From: Haliotis cracherodii
Lineage: Eukaryota
Direction: 5' to 3'
Length of the DNA stretch: 64,000 nt
Assembly: GCF_022045235.1 (NCBI RefSeq)
Contig: NW_027266279.1
Coordinates: forward strand, 12,152,001-12,216,000
Shown: positions 13,806-28,215 of the stretch, in pieces
How positions within the stretch are numbered: position 1 is the stretch's first letter
How the letters are laid out: each line of letters begins with the position of its first letter
Notes under the pieces: generated by a model
Databases searched by the model: none
Seen by the model: only the letters and a program-made list of their open reading frames with translations
What the model was told of the DNA's origin: nothing
Position numbers and translations under genes: made by a program

Positions 13806-14221
13806 CATTCGTCAACACTCGCCCCTTTCCGTAACCTGCAAGAAGACTCGTCCCCCTATCGGTGAATGTTATGTGCGAAAATACGACAAACCAATCAGAA
13901 TGCGCGTATGATTTCAAGTTCTTCGTCAAAGAATCCGAATTTTTTATTATATATATGTCTTGCATCTTAAAATATACCCAAGACACAGTTAAATGTGTTC
14001 AATCATACTGTATAATTCCGCATGTCCCGATGTGCTGTAACTTGCATCTGAAATATATATAATATATGGGGAAATATATGTGAACCATTACGCAAAGAGT
14101 TGACAATTGTTTTAGGTATGCCCGTTTGCGCCAAGACGAAACCCGGTCGCAAAAATGACCATGAGAGGGGCACGAGTCGCTATTCGTCTTGTCCCGGAAT
14201 AACACGAGTTGGTCACGAATG
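13806..14221 (-). mobile_element. Non-autonomous DNA transposon with 9-bp TSD (Mutator-like)
   Basis: Ends CATTCGTCAACACTCG / CGAGTTGGTCACGAATG; TSD GGTTTGTGG on both sides; reverse complement of 32750-33173. Confidence 0.88.
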
Positions 14222-14342
14222 GGTTTGTGGAGGCATTTGTGGCAACCAACTCGACGGAACTTGTGATCATCCGTGGCAACCTCAACGACCATATCGACAG
14301 GGATGACGTTTTTCAACAAATGGGTTACACTTTCTTCTTTTT

Positions 14343-14497
14343 TGGGGGGTAGCCTAGTGGTAAAAGCGTTCGCTCGTCACGCCGAAGGCCCGGGTTCGAT
14401 TCCCGACATGGGTACAATATCTTAATATCTTGTCCCCCGTCGTGATATTGCTTGTATATTGCTAAAAGCGGAGTAAACCCATACTCGTTCACTCACT
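14343..14497 (+). mobile_element. tRNA-derived SINE family A copy
   Basis: TAGCCTAGTGG A box, GGTTCGATTCCC B box; matches 20616-20779. Confidence 0.8.
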
Positions 14498-14639
14498 TTC
14501 CTGTTTGTTCATTGTTTTTGCAACCATCAAACTTGGGTATATAATTTCTACCTTGGAGAAAGAGCGTTCTTGGAAGCATTACGCAAATGATAATGACGCC
14601 ATTCCTGGTGTTGAGGACTGTTTACGTTACTTAACTTGA

Positions 14640-15582
14640 TATTATGTTGACGATACAATACATTACGTTACGTATCCTGATACTATGTTGACGATAAAAA
14701 AACGTAACGTTACGTATCCTGATACTATGTTGACGATAAAATGCGTTAAGTATCCTGATACTGTGTTGACGATGAAATACGTTACGTATCCTGATACTAC
14801 GATGACGATGAAATACGTTACGTATCCTGATACTATGTTGACGATAAAAAAACGTAACGTTACGTATCCTGATACTATGTTGACGATAAAATGCGTTAAG
14901 TATCCTGATACTATGTTGACGATGAAATACGTTACGTATCCTGATACTATGTTTACGATGGAATACGTTACGTATCCTGATACTATGTTGACGATGAAAT
15001 ACGTTGCGTATCCTGATACTATGTTTACGACGAAATACGTTACGTATCCTGATACTATGTTTACGATGGAATACGTTACGTATCCTGATACTATGTTGAC
15101 AATGAAATACGTTACGTATCCTGATACTATGTTTACGATGAAATACGTTATGTATCATGATACTATGTTTACGATGAAATGCGTTACGTATCCTGATACT
15201 ATGTTTACGATGGAATACGTTACGTATCCTGATACTATGTTGACGATGAAATACGTTGCGTATCCTGATACTATGTTTACGACGAAATACGTTACGTATC
15301 CTGATACTATGTTTACGATGAAATACGTTACGTATCCTGATACTATGTTTACGATGGAATACGTTACGTATCCTGATACTATGTTGACAATGAAATACGT
15401 TACGTATCCTGATACTATGTTTACGATGAAATACGTTATGTATCATGATACTATGTTTACGATGACATACGTTACGTATCCTGATACTATGTTTACGATG
15501 AAATACGTTACGTATCCTGATACTATGTTGACGATGAAATACGTTTCGTATCCTGATATTATGTTCACAATGCAATACGTCC
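14640..15582. repeat. 33-bp minisatellite (ACGTATCCTGATACTATGTTTACGATGAAATACGTT-like)
   Basis: About 28 units; explains the repetitive ORFs on both strands. Confidence 0.95.
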
Positions 15583-17148
15583 AATACTGGCTGCTAAAGT
15601 TTTAGGGGCATTGAAACACTGTTGACACGCATGTTTAATCATGAGCAAGAATGAGGGACAAAGAAATATCGTGGCGCGCCAAAGGGCGGTAAATCATTGG
15701 AGTGGAACTTGTACGTACTATCATAGAAACTGAATTATTCACGCTTATTTCTTTAATATTATTTGCATTAATCACGATTGCCGGGATCGGAAATAAAAGT
15801 GTATTTATTTTATTAATGAATTTTGATCATATAAGAGGCTCTAGTAGAATTTTGTCATTTATCAAAGTAACTGGCTATTCTTTAGCCTTGTGCTTGAGTC
15901 GTTACAACCCCCCGAACTACCATGTCCCTTTCCGATAACACGAGTGGTCATTAATAGTCAATGTTGTTCATCCGGTTTTCATGATAATTGAGGAAACTGA
16001 TTGTTCTATCGCGACCCCGCTCGTAAAGTCAAACATATCTACTCATGTTCGACGCAGCTTGTGATAAACCTACTTCCTTGCTAGAAATATCACGTTTAGC
16101 TCACCATACACATAGTATACACAAAACCGCCGAATTAAATATCTGCTCTGTTGTAAACACGTTAGTGTTAGATTGTCTCCTATCCCAGCTTAGCAAGTGG
16201 AATCAAATGTAAATATGAAATGTAGATTATGTAATGAATTTAATCAGACTGTCCAACACATTGTCGGTGGATGCCTAGCTTTGGCATAAACACAGTATCT
16301 TAACGACATGATGGAGTTGTTCGATCATTCTTCGCCATGCTTGTGGTTTGACACAGGGGTCAATCCATGGTACGACCCGGAATATGTAAAGGGCGTCATG
16401 GAAAAATGACAAATACAAAATTCTTTGGAATAGGCCCGTTTACAGCCTCAGGCGCATCCAGGACAACAAACCTGGTCTTGTCCTTTTTGATAAATCCAAT
16501 GAAATCATTCACATCATTGAATTTTCTGTCGCCTTTGACACTGATGTTATTGACAAATATATATGGTAAATATGCGAACCTCGCATTCGAAATATCACGC
16601 TTGCATCCCAAGTACCAAGTTGTCCGACTACCCATTGTTCTCGGTGGGTTCGCCCCAGTCGCTATCTGGGCTGCGTGTAGAGGGGGCAAGAGCCCTGAGC
16701 TGAGCTGATGATGAGCCTATAACCAGCCTGACTGTGCCAGGATCACCGAAACCCTCTTTGCTGCATTTTATATTTTAATCTACTACTATATTTTCTCTAA
16801 CAGAAGCCGGGTCTGAACCCAGATTGGAAGAACAGAGACATGGTGCCCATTTAGAAACCTTTTAATGAATGGCCCCACACTTCCGGTGGAAACAACCCTT
16901 TTACAAAGTGATGGTAGCGCAAGGAGTTTGGTAAATCCGTGTTAAAAAATGAAAGTTACAATATTATTAGTGCTAAGATTGCTTCGAGGTAGTGGACCCG
17001 GTTTTCAAATAAACGCCAGGTTATAATTATGTCCGAACATTTATAAACGCCGGAGTGACCTGTTAAAGGAAATGGGATACTAATTAGGATGCAAGGTGAG
17101 CTAAACGTCTTACTTCTCCCAAGCAATGCTTTGACGACACATGAAAAT

Positions 17149-20100
17149 ATGGCGACTCGCTGGAAGGCCACTGTGTTGGCGTTGTGCGTTCTCTGCTGTG
17201 AAACGCAGCTTGGAACCTCCGTGCTTCACAGGGATAGAACGATTATTACCAAAGTGTCACTCCTAGAAGAGGAAATCACTGATATCAGAAGCCGCATGGA
17301 TCGAATCGATCGAAAACGGAAAACAGATTTACAGATATTCCGCAATGACTTAACCCTCCATCTTGAAAGTGTTGTCCCCGACGTGATGTCAAGGGTGATT
17401 GAGGAAATGGCGAAAGCTGGAACAATACAAGGACTAATAGAAGGGACCGTCCACACAAAGGTACAGTCCGTTGAACAACAACTACAACAACTGAAGACGT
17501 TGGCTTTGAATTCCATCAAAACAAAACCACCTGTTCCTGCGAAAGTAGGGACGTTGGATTCTAACAAACCTACTCGGAAAATGTTCGGAAAGCGTTTCAA
17601 ACGATACGATAAGATTATCAAAGAGCTTAAAGCTGATGGTGATAATCAGAAAGTGATGATAAACGAACTGCATTCGGCTCTGGCGGAACAGAGGATGTTG
17701 CTGGAGGTGCTGAGAATGGACATGGAGAAGATGACCTCAAGGTCAGGCAGCACGACCAAGCCGGGATCTGAAACTGTGACGTCATACAGTACTCTGACGC
17801 CTAAAGGTTTGATTTAGTTTAACCGTTCGCTGATAATGTTTCTCAGTCAGTTAGATTTTAAAGCCATCTTCAACTTACAGTATTTCTGCTATATTACGGC
17901 GTGTCGGGGGAATGCCAGGTGCATTGGTATGGTGCGGACACACAATGATCACAAACAGGGGGAATCTGGATTATATGAGCTGAAGATCATAGAATACTGG
18001 TTCGTCCTGACCTTTGGTGATAATTACGCCAGTCATGGTTTCATGGTATTTACCATAAATATAATGTCATATTATTCTACCATGTATTTGGAATTTACTC
18101 GATTCTGATTGGTCAATCAGAGGCTATAAAATCACAATAAACCCCCTCTGATTGAAACAGCTGGTTTGACGGCCGCATCACCGCGGAAGCTAATATTCAT
18201 AGAATAGTACAGTATACTTTGAGGATTTCTGTGACCAGTGGCGGACGTAATTCAAACTCCTTTCACACTGACACCGCATCAAATATATTTGTGTACCGAT
18301 TACATAACTATTATGGAAAGGGTGGGGTGGTAGTTCACTGGACGACACTGTGTATATTGGGCGGCTCCTTTGATATCTCCTCCAAACATACTTTTTTTGA
18401 ATGACCCCATTAAACGATGATACACATCTCGATGAATATTTCAAGGCACTAATTCATCTTTCATAAACATTTTTTCCTCTTTGTGCTTAATATATCTACA
18501 TATCAACGAAAATTTGCAAAACATGTATCCACAAAATAAATATACATTTTCAGGCTAGGTATTTGCCCACAGCAACACCTGCATAACTGTTTATTCACGC
18601 GTGGTGTGGTAGATCGTAATTGACCGAGAGCAGGTATTGTAGAATCACCTGTAAATAAGGCCGACACTATAATTAGATACAACGTCCTAATGAGAATATG
18701 AGAGTTATCATAAGAAGGCTGTTGTTTTTTCTTAACTGTTACCATTTTCATACCAAAAGTGACAATGCATTTAAAAGTTGCTTTAGTGTTATAATATTCA
18801 CTCAAGTTTTCCTCAATCGCCTGTAAACATAATTCCCATTGGTCAGTTCGACACCGCATATAATTAAATAATTATTTCGAGATTTCGTTAGAATGTGAGA
18901 TATTCAGCCAGACGTTATGCAATCAAAGACGAATCGTTTTTTGTTGCCATTAAAATACGCGCATGTGTACCTGTATATTGCATACTTAGTGTCACTTACT
19001 TTTCCAGTGTGATGTATCAACGAGACATAAAATGGGAAATGAAAAAGAAACTAACTAAACTTAAAAGCTTTAATGTGTTGGAAAATGTCGCTAATGAATT
19101 GGCGTATCGTTGCAATATGTAAAAAAGGTGAAATTTATAAAACTTCTGTAAAGGAAACATCCAACGAAGGGCCCTTTTTAAATAGTAATGTAATGATATA
19201 ATATAAAGTATATTTCACATGATACAATATACTCTGTACACAATTAGTTAATTATTTAAAGGGACTGACGAAAATATGGGCGAAATATTCTAATAGTTGA
19301 ATTAAGGTAAAATGAGTTGAATCATGTGTCATGCTTATAAAACCTTTATGTATTTGCGAAACTAAAACTGTTGAGCAAAGGAAAATATTCTCGCCAATGG
19401 GCGAAATATTTCAATATCGCTATAAAATCGTTGAATTAAGTTAAAATGGCCCATGGGCCACACTTCGCCCATGGACAGGCCCATGGGCGACATAGTGTAA
19501 ATATTGAGTTTTTGAAAAAAAAAAATTTCATTTTTTCTTCCTTGGTATGTTCCCATGAAAACAGCATGTTTAATTTTGTAAATACCTTTGAAGGAGAGTC
19601 GGCAAAGACCGTAGAGTTTCTGGACTTTTGGGTTTCCAGAATTAAAATGGGACGTGTTTACTATTTTCAGTCATTGTCGGTAGGCATATTCAAATAAATT
19701 ATTACATCTACAATTACAGGTTACAAAATGCACAGATGCGGTTACTACAATATTCAAAGGATGTGTGGCAATACATTTCGTGCAGAAAAACACGACATAA
19801 ATCAACAAAGGGAATGTATTTACGTTTTGGAGACAACAGAGAGCTTGGAATGTTGGCGCTTTTCTATATACGAATGTGATGTCATATCTTTTGCGTCACA
19901 ATGAGCGATATGACGTCATAATGGTGACGAGCGATGTGGAGCGAAAGCCTTGAAAGGTTGCTTTGTTTTCTTTAGGGATGCCCACCTCATGTTAGCTTAC
20001 CAAGTTGCCGTGCTTATATGCTTTCAATGCCTGTCATATGTTCGAGTGAAGTATTACGGTGTAAACAAACTGCTTGAGTAAATACAGCACCATATTTTGT

Positions 20101-23100
20101 TCGGTGATTCCGTCATTCAGATCGCTAACCCACTCAAAACACTGAACTCAACCCATGCCGCTTCACTCAATATATTTGCTAACACCAAAGAGTTCGCGTT
20201 TTATTTAGTCATGAAAGAATGGAGATAAACATACTGTGTTTTCAATGTAGAGCTAGGTTACCTGTAGATTTAACCGCGCTAAATTTAACATTTGAAACCT
20301 CACGCTGCGTGTTCGGTTCCAAATTTAGCGGGGTTAAATGTACAGGTAACCTAGCTCTACATTGTAAACACAGTATGTTTATCGCCTAATTATATGAGTA
20401 TTATATTTCAATTCTGTAATGAAAATATCGTCCTTCACCTTCGTCACTTTGCTAACCGAACAGGATATGAAGACCATGATGACAGTCATACAGCGTTTTG
20501 TGGTCTTAATGTATGATCGGGCCGGCATCGGTACAACAGTTGATTAGGCACGCAAAGACTTATTCACAAAGAAATCCCACATGGGCAATACATGTACCGT
20601 CCTCCATTGTATTATGGGGCGGTCGGGTAGCTTAGTGGTTAAAGCGTTCGCTCGTCACGCCGAAGACCCGGGTTCGAATCCCGACATGGGTACAATGTGT
20701 GAAGCCCAAATCTGGTTCCCCCGCCGTGATATTGCTGGAATATTGCTAAAAGCGGCGTAAAACCATACTCACTCACTCCATGGTATTATATCATCATTTA
20801 ATTATCATAACACTGTTTGGATACACTCAGTAAACATGGATGAGAGCAGGGATGAGGATTCTGATAAAGTTTCTGCACCAGTCTGGACGAGATTCATCCT
20901 CGATTGTCTGGTGTATATCTCCTCCCATTATAAACAATACCTTGCAGCCTTTTTGGAAAGTGGTGTCGCCATCTTCATCTTTCTGATCAGTGACGTCCTT
21001 CAGAGTGTCTGCCGCACCATGAGTGTAATCTGCTTTGAGTGAGTGAGTGAGTGAGTATGGTTTTACGCCGCTTTTAGCAATATTCCAGCAATATCACGGC
21101 GGGGGACACCAGAAATGGGCTTCACATATTGTACCCATGTCGGGAAACGAACCCGGGTCTTCGGCGTGATGAGCGAACGCTTTAACCACTAGGCTACCCG
21201 ACCGCCCCTAATCTGCTTTGACGATAATTCTAAGCGCCGTGTTATTCAAATAATAGCCAATGTATCAAGAGCATTTTACAGATGAGAGATGCATTACACT
21301 GGACAATCGATATTGAATGAGCGTATCACTGGAATCATTATGTTTCAGGGTTAAATACTGAACCCTCCATTAAAGTCGTCATAGCGAAAAGAGGGAGTAC
21401 CGCTATCCTGCCATGCTCTGTTGCCAGCCAAACGGATTCATATGTGAGTACTTTTGACAGGGCCCCGTCTTCAACAGCCAATACTTGTCGTAAGAAGTCA
21501 CCGTGATTAACGGGATCGGGTGGTCAGGCTTGCTCACTGGTCTAGACGTTGTATGTCCTGTACTGGTCTAGACGTTGTATGTCCTGCACTGGTCTAGACG
21601 TTGTATGTCCTGTACTGATCTAGACGTTGTATGTCCTGCACTGAGCTAGACGTTGTATGTCCTGCACTGGTCTAGACGTTGTATGTCCTGTACTGATCTA
21701 CACGATGTATGTCCTGCACCGAGCTAGACGTTGTATGTCCTGCACTGGTCTAGACGTTGTATGTCCTGCACTGGTCTAGTCGTTGTATGTCCTGTACTGA
21801 TCTACACGATGTATGTCCTGCACTGGTCTAGACGTTGTATGTCCTGTACTGATCTACACGATGTATGTCCTGCACCGAGCTAGACGTTGTATGTCCTGCA
21901 CTGGTCTAGACGTTGTATGTCCTGCACTGGTCTAGACGTTGTATGTCCTGTACTGATCTACACGTTGTATGTCCTGTACTGATCTAGACACCGTATGTCC
22001 TGCACTGAGCTAGACCTCGTATGTCCTGCACTGAGCTAGACGTTGTATGTCCTGCACTGGTCTAGACGGTGTATGTCCTGCACTGGTCTAGACGTTGTAT
22101 GTCCTGCACTGGTCTAGACGTTGTATGTCCTGCACTGGTCTAGACGTTGTATGTCCTGCACTGGTCTAGACGTATGTCCTGCACTGAGCTAGACGTTGTA
22201 TGTCCTGCACTGGTCTAGACGTAATATGTCCTGCACTGGTCTAGACATTGTATGTCCTGCACTGAGCTAGACGTTGTATGTCCTGCACTGGTCTAGACTT
22301 TGTATGTCCTGCACCGAGCTAGACGTTGTATGTCCTGCACAGACCTAGACGTTGTATGTCCTGCACTGAGCTAGACATTGTATGTCCTGCACAGAGCAAG
22401 ACGTTGTATGTCCTACACTGGTCAAGACGTTGTATGTCCTGCACTGAGCAAGACGTTGTATGTCCTGCACTGATCTAGACGTTGTATGTCCTGCACCGAG
22501 CTAGACGTTGTATGTCCTGCACTGAGATAGACGTTGTATGTCCTGCACTGAGATAGACGTTGTATGTCCTGCACCGAGCTAGACGTTGTATGTCCTGCAC
22601 CGAGCTAGACATTGTATATCCTGCACTGGTCTAGACGTTGTATGTCCTGCACTGAGATAGACGTTGTATGTCCTGCACTGAGATAGACGTTGTATGTCCA
22701 GCACTGGTCTAGACGTTGTATGTCCTGCACTGAGCTAGACGTTGTATGTCCTGCACTGAGATAGACATTGTATGTTCTGCACCGAGCTAGACATTGTATG
22801 TCCTGCACTGAGCTTGACGTTGTATGTCCTGTACTGGTCTAGACGGTGTATGTCCTGCACTGAGCTAGACGTTGTATGTCCTGCACTGAGCTAGACATTG
22901 TATGTCCTGCACTGGTCTAGACATTGTATTAAGTGTGTGAGACATTGTCTGTGTCATGAGCTTCTCCATTAACTGTTGACCAACACTGTGCTGTTTTCAA
23001 CGACCATTCTTGTAGTTATTTCAATATGTTTATGTCAAATCTTAGAGAATATCTGCTTGTTATCACTCAGTTGCAGATTGAAAGAATGAATGTATTGCAC

Positions 23101-24418
23101 CTTTAATACATGGTAACGCGTTGTTATGACGTCACGTTGCTATTGACCGCCTCCCAAGCAAACAATGAGAAAAATTGGCGTGAATTTTTCGGCAGAACGT
23201 AAGATTTGTATTATGACATTTTGGAATACTACATTTCACATTCCACGTGGAGACTCTACAGTCAATAAACACAGTGCGGTCCTCTCCATTCCATGACGAC
23301 AAACTTCAACGCTAACTGGCAACAGATTTTACACAGAAAACCCTCCTGGACCAACAACTAAATGCCTGTATTTCGAAATTCAGTGATAATTGAAAGGTGG
23401 GGGAACCTGTCCACTGAGATTAAGATGTGTACAAATTATTCATATTTGTAACCTCGAATTCCTTTCGGCGTTTTGCTAGTATCCGATTATCGTTTTTTCC
23501 GAGTCTATTTTTTAGGGGGAGGCCAAATGTTTCCACTTGAAGTTTTGTCTCTGCAGGGAATAACAGCGACAAAACCCGTTCTATATACATCCTGGGTTAC
23601 AATTCTCATCACAACTTTATCAGGGTTCTGATGACAATTGGTCCTTGGATATGGTCAGCTTCTGATCTGTCGTCGACAGTTTGGATACCCATCGTGTGGA
23701 CAGCGGACGTTGTGTGTGACAGTTAAGGTGGCCTGACCTGAACCAAAACGGATTCCAATAGTGTCGACGATATTGCTGAATTATAGCACGTTTGTCAGCA
23801 TAACTATGCCTAGACGGCATCCAGTTGCCTTCCAGGGTTTCCATCTTTAGGACGACCAGTGCTTGTCCTTACAGTCATCCCCAACGTGCTTTTCATCTCT
23901 TTTTGTATTTCCTTTGGTGACATGCCCTTTATATGCAGGTACATTGTACTCAATCACAGCTCGTTTCTCAGTATTCTCCTTGTTCGCATTTTCACTCAAC
24001 CTTGTCAAATTCTCTTGTTGACAGAAATCAGGTGTTGAAACGTCACACTTCACAAAACAATATCTATCAGGTCAAGAATTTTTAGATTTACCTCGTTCAT
24101 GGTGTGCCACAAATAATATACACATTTCTATCTCTATGGACACATAGTACATGTAGATGGATTGTTATTTTAAATTGCTAAAAATCCAATTGTTCCAATT
24201 TACAGAGATTGTGGAGTTTTAAAGCAACTACACTTTATACCTGGAACCGCTTCTCAAGCTTGGCACTTACATCTGACCGTCGCTTGTCCATCGACAGGGG
24301 CTATAGCAGTGAATGGAATCTGAAGATCCGAGACATCAGAATAAGTGATGATGGGATGTACCTCTGTAGCAACAATGACGGCGACAAGCAAGCTTTGAAG
24401 CTGCTAGTACAACAATGA
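17149..24418 (+). CDS. Secreted coiled-coil + single Ig (V/I-type) domain protein, 3 coding exons: 17149-17806, 21349-21443, 24206-24418 (~321 aa)
   Basis: Signal peptide MATRWKATVLALCVLCCETQLG, heptad-like helical region, Ser/Thr linker. GT-AG junctions join in frame (phase 1, phase 0) to VIAKRGSTAILPCSV...RLWS...EWNLKIRDIRISDDGMYLC, giving the Ig B-strand Cys, C-strand Trp and DxGxYxC. Confidence 0.82.
20222..20387. mobile_element. Foldback/MITE: near-perfect ~65-bp inverted repeat
   Basis: GATAAACATACTGTGTTTTCAATGTAGAGCTAGGTTACCTGTA... pairs with ...TACAGGTAACCTAGCTCTACATTGTAAACACAGTATGTTTATC. Confidence 0.8.
20616..20779 (+). mobile_element. tRNA-derived SINE family A, full length
   Basis: GGGTAGCTTAGTGGTTAAAGCG...GGGTTCGAATCCC head, (ACTC)n tail, TSD-like CCATTGTATTAT/CCATGGTATTAT. 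Confidence 0.88.
21039..21208 (-). mobile_element. tRNA-derived SINE family A, inverted copy
   Basis: Reverse complement of 20616-20779; TSD TAATCTGCTTTGA on both sides. Confidence 0.88.
21536..22928. repeat. 28-bp minisatellite (CACTGGTCTAGACGTTGTATGTCCTG-type) in intron 2 of the Ig gene
   Basis: About 50 tandem units, starting directly after a truncated family-D SINE. Confidence 0.95.
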
Positions 24419-25342
24419 TTCACGGTGGCAGAAATATGTGGACTTCGCCTCCATGTGCTCTGAGGCAAAATTAACATTTCTCAGAAGCACATTATTTTTA
24501 GGAAATTCTTTTATCATTTGTTTGTATAAAGTTCGGCCAAGTACATGTTGTGGGGAAAGGACAATTTGAGGTGTGAGGTGTTTTTTTCTCTTATACCCGA
24601 ATACCTATTTAAAGACATCTGTCTATCCAAGTCCGAATCTTGACCAGTAATGTGTAATGCAGTTTGACTATTGGTCGATCTTTAATGTCTTATAATATCT
24701 TTATTTTTATTTTCCAGTTATCAAAATCCATTTAATATGATCATAGTTAATATTGACTTCGGGAATGTATGGATATTTTGCAACTTTTTCATAACACTTA
24801 AATCATCATGCTGACGGAGGACTTAAATGATCTGGATGATAATTTTTTGAATTATACAGATTGCTTTGCATGAAAACCAAACAATGCCATCAAATCCTGT
24901 TAATCCAGCATAACTGGTCGGATTATAATAGATGGAGGTATATACAACGTTTACATATGTTCTGTAGTAGTCTTGGGTTATTATTAATTATCGTCTGATT
25001 ATAAGATGGGTGGAGTGAATATCTATTTTCTAGGTTTCATCCTATCCAATGTCCCTTAAAAGCAATGCTTCTATCTGACGGGACATGTGAACTTCCCCGT
25101 TTTCCGAGATGATGCGGTCTCGCGATTCACCAATCCCGTGTAAATGAATGGCTATCATGTTTCTATTCAATGAAAACACAACAACAGAGCTGATTCTGGT
25201 ACATTAACAAAAGCAGTCTGCTTGTTCTTGAAGTCAATTAACACGCCAAGTTAAATAGCCATTCATTGGTATCAGGCTCATCAAAATAAACGCTTTTTCG
25301 CATATGCGCTTTGCTTCTGTCATTCCAAGGTGTCATTTGCTG

Positions 25343-25596
25343 TTTGTTTGTTGTTTAACGCCGCATTCAGCAATAGTCCAGCTGTATGACGGCGGTTTGT
25401 ACGTTATCAAGTCTGGACCAGAAAATCCAGTGACTGACATCATGAGCATCGATCTACGCAATTTGGAAACGATGACATGTATCAACCATGTCAGCGATCC
25501 TGAACCCCGATCCCGTTGGTCGCTTTTTACAAGCAAAGTCGTCTTTTACGGCAAGTAGGGGTTGCTGAAGACCTATTCAACCCCGGAATCTTCACC
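25343..25596 (-). mobile_element. SINE-like family D copy
   Basis: Reverse complement of the family D consensus. Confidence 0.78.
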
Positions 25597-27175
25597 GAAT
25601 TTTGACAGAGACAACGTAACACAGTTACAATCATTGATCGATAATAAATAAACTGCCATATGATAACATAATAGTTTCTGGGTGGGTTCACATTCTAAAC
25701 ATGGTGTAAGTCTACAACAGCATTTAAAACAAATGTGAATAAAAGACCATCAAAGTAAATGAACACGAACACATTCTGAAGAATAAACTAACACATTTTA
25801 TTCATTCAAAACGAAACAAAAGACTCAACATATCATTTTATTCAAACATGTGCATGGCCTAGAGCTTCTGTCTCTTCATGTGACATCAGTAGCAATATAA
25901 CAATGACATTTCATTCAGTATTTCATGTTTTGCTTTAACATTTGCAACACTATTATAAGCGATCACAACAGCTGTTTTTTTTTATTATTTGGAACTTTTT
26001 CATTTCATCTTTACAAATATGAACTCACATGTTTATTTCAATCTTCACGTATTTACATGTTGTTATTTAACCTCCACAGATATCGTATTTATATAGAAAC
26101 AGTTATAAATGCAATTATTTTCCCTCAGTTAAAAACTTACCTTATTGATCACAAAATCTATTCGTAAATATTTCATGACCACACCATCTGGTAACATGGT
26201 GTCGAGTGAGCAGATGCAAAAAGTTCATTGTTTCGGGGGTGAACACATATAACGCTGCATAAAAGGATCAATTCACTGTTGACAGTTATAAACTGCCAGG
26301 GAAAAGAAAATGTCAAACATTCTCAAGCTGTCGCCGAAACACTGCCAACTTAAGACCAGAGGCGCGTGCAGCACTTACAAAATAACTAAACACCTTTTTC
26401 TGATATGCCTAAAAATGCAAGTGCAGAAATGGTATAAAATGCAATTGATCCTTGCGAAAAATTACAAATAAATAAATGAAAAAGCACAAACGAAAGCGAG
26501 GGCCATGGGAATGAGGCAAATGGGTGCTAACCACATCCAGATTGCAAGAAATGTGTGCAACCATCCTCACAGTACATTTTGTGTTAGATTTAGTGGCCCG
26601 ACTATTTCATTATCGTGTGATCTAATACTATGTATTGACTGGATGTATGTTATCTCTACTATGTTCGCTACCATAATCTTCTATTGAAAATGCTTTTGTA
26701 ATTATGATTTTTCAAACATTGGGGGAATTTATATGTACATTCAGATATGTCTCATGTATTTATGATCATTTTTGCCTCACCAATAATTGTACATAGCTTG
26801 GTATGTATCTGTATGATACGGTTGGAAAGCTTATGTTCAGCGCTTTATTTCGATACTTACAACCTCACACGCTGGCAAGTCGCCCCAGTCTGTTGAATTC
26901 CTCCGACATCCGCGCTGTATATTTAAAGGCTTCCTAGATTTTGTTTCTCCACCCTCCAGGAACCGTGAAATCGTTCATGATTGTCTCGCTACTGGGGTGG
27001 GCACGGTCGAAACTCAGGTTTCGTCAGTAAGTGGTTTTCGGGACTAGGTTCGATCTAGAATCTGACTGAACTAAACTTTGTTACTAGGATTAATAAAACT
27101 CAGTTTTTCTAGTAATCCGTGGATAACCAACATTCCCGAGATGGTCTAGGCACTAAGTAACTACTGTTTGAAGTA

Positions 27176-27335
27176 CAGTAAATTACGGTTATAACGAACT
27201 CAAATGGACCACTAATTTTAGTTCGAAATAACCGTAGTTCGTTATAAGCATATATACAGCATATTCACATCAAATGGCCGGGACTAAAAAATAAGTTCGT
27301 TATATCCGTCAGTTCGTTATAAACGTAGTTTACTG
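27176..27335. mobile_element. Tc1/mariner-type MITE (second copy)
   Basis: TA-CAGTAAATTACGGTTATAACGAAC ... GTTCGTTATAAACGTAGTTTACTG-TA. Confidence 0.78.
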
Positions 27336-28215
27336 TACTCCGTTTTTTTCTAGTAATCCGTAATTGTCCAGTTATTTGGGAATTTTGTGTTTCCTTGTTC
27401 AGTCAAAGTGACTGAATCTTTTGTCTATTAAGACTAGCTGATATTCAGACGTAATCGATTATTTTTTAGTCTAAGTGGCTTGTTTGTGCCCTCTGTGTTT
27501 ATTTCCCGTTATTTAACCCGACCGAGGTTATTCATTCGGTGTCGGCCGGGAAGTCGATAAAATTTACCAGTAGTACCGGAAAGGCGAATGGAGGGGTAAG
27601 GGACTGGGGACCGGGAAGGCGAATGAAAAGATCAGTGATGTGTACCCTCGTTATGTATACAACGGACACTTATACATTGAGGACACTGGGGTGTTGTGAG
27701 ACGGAAAAGTGAAGAAAGAGATAAAAAAAAATTGAACTCAGAGAATGTGATTACTAACTTCCATTGAACTCGTGAGACGGAAAAATAAAGAAAGAGATAA
27801 TCTGTGTTCGCAACTACACATACTAGAGGCTGCTTCTTTCACTTTACCCAGTGTATGTGGCGACGCGTACAGAAGGAAGGACTGGCAACAGAATACACTA
27901 GCGTTGAAGAAGTGAATTTTTGTGATGACCGGGAAGGCGAACGTAATTTCTAACTCTGAGGGAATTGATTTTCACCTTCCCAGGCCAGAACAATTCATTC
28001 CTTAGAGTGTTGAGTAAATTGACTCAGGTGTTAATTAGTCGCAGCCGACGTAATTGGCTGTCTACGCATCTGGTCGGTATCTTGTCACGGTGTTGTTTTA
28101 GCCTCTCATTGTAATACTGTAATTCAGTTGCTAAGTTCAGCCGCTGGTATATCTGCAGACCACGCGTGACGACGCCACAGGACGACCGGTACTCGTACAC
28201 TTAACCATTTGCCCA

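Noticed and set aside
14631-15605. Long ORFs on both strands (317 and 306 aa)
   Set aside because: By-products of a 33-bp minisatellite whose unit length is a multiple of 3; no splice or domain support.
20616-20690. tRNA gene (also 28216-28290 and 12191-12290)
   Set aside because: A and B boxes are present but continue into SINE bodies with simple-repeat tails and TSDs, in multiple diverged copies.
21536-22928. CRISPR-like regular repeats (also 56847-57684)
   Set aside because: Head-to-tail units with no unique spacers, no cas genes, and a eukaryotic context: these are minisatellites.
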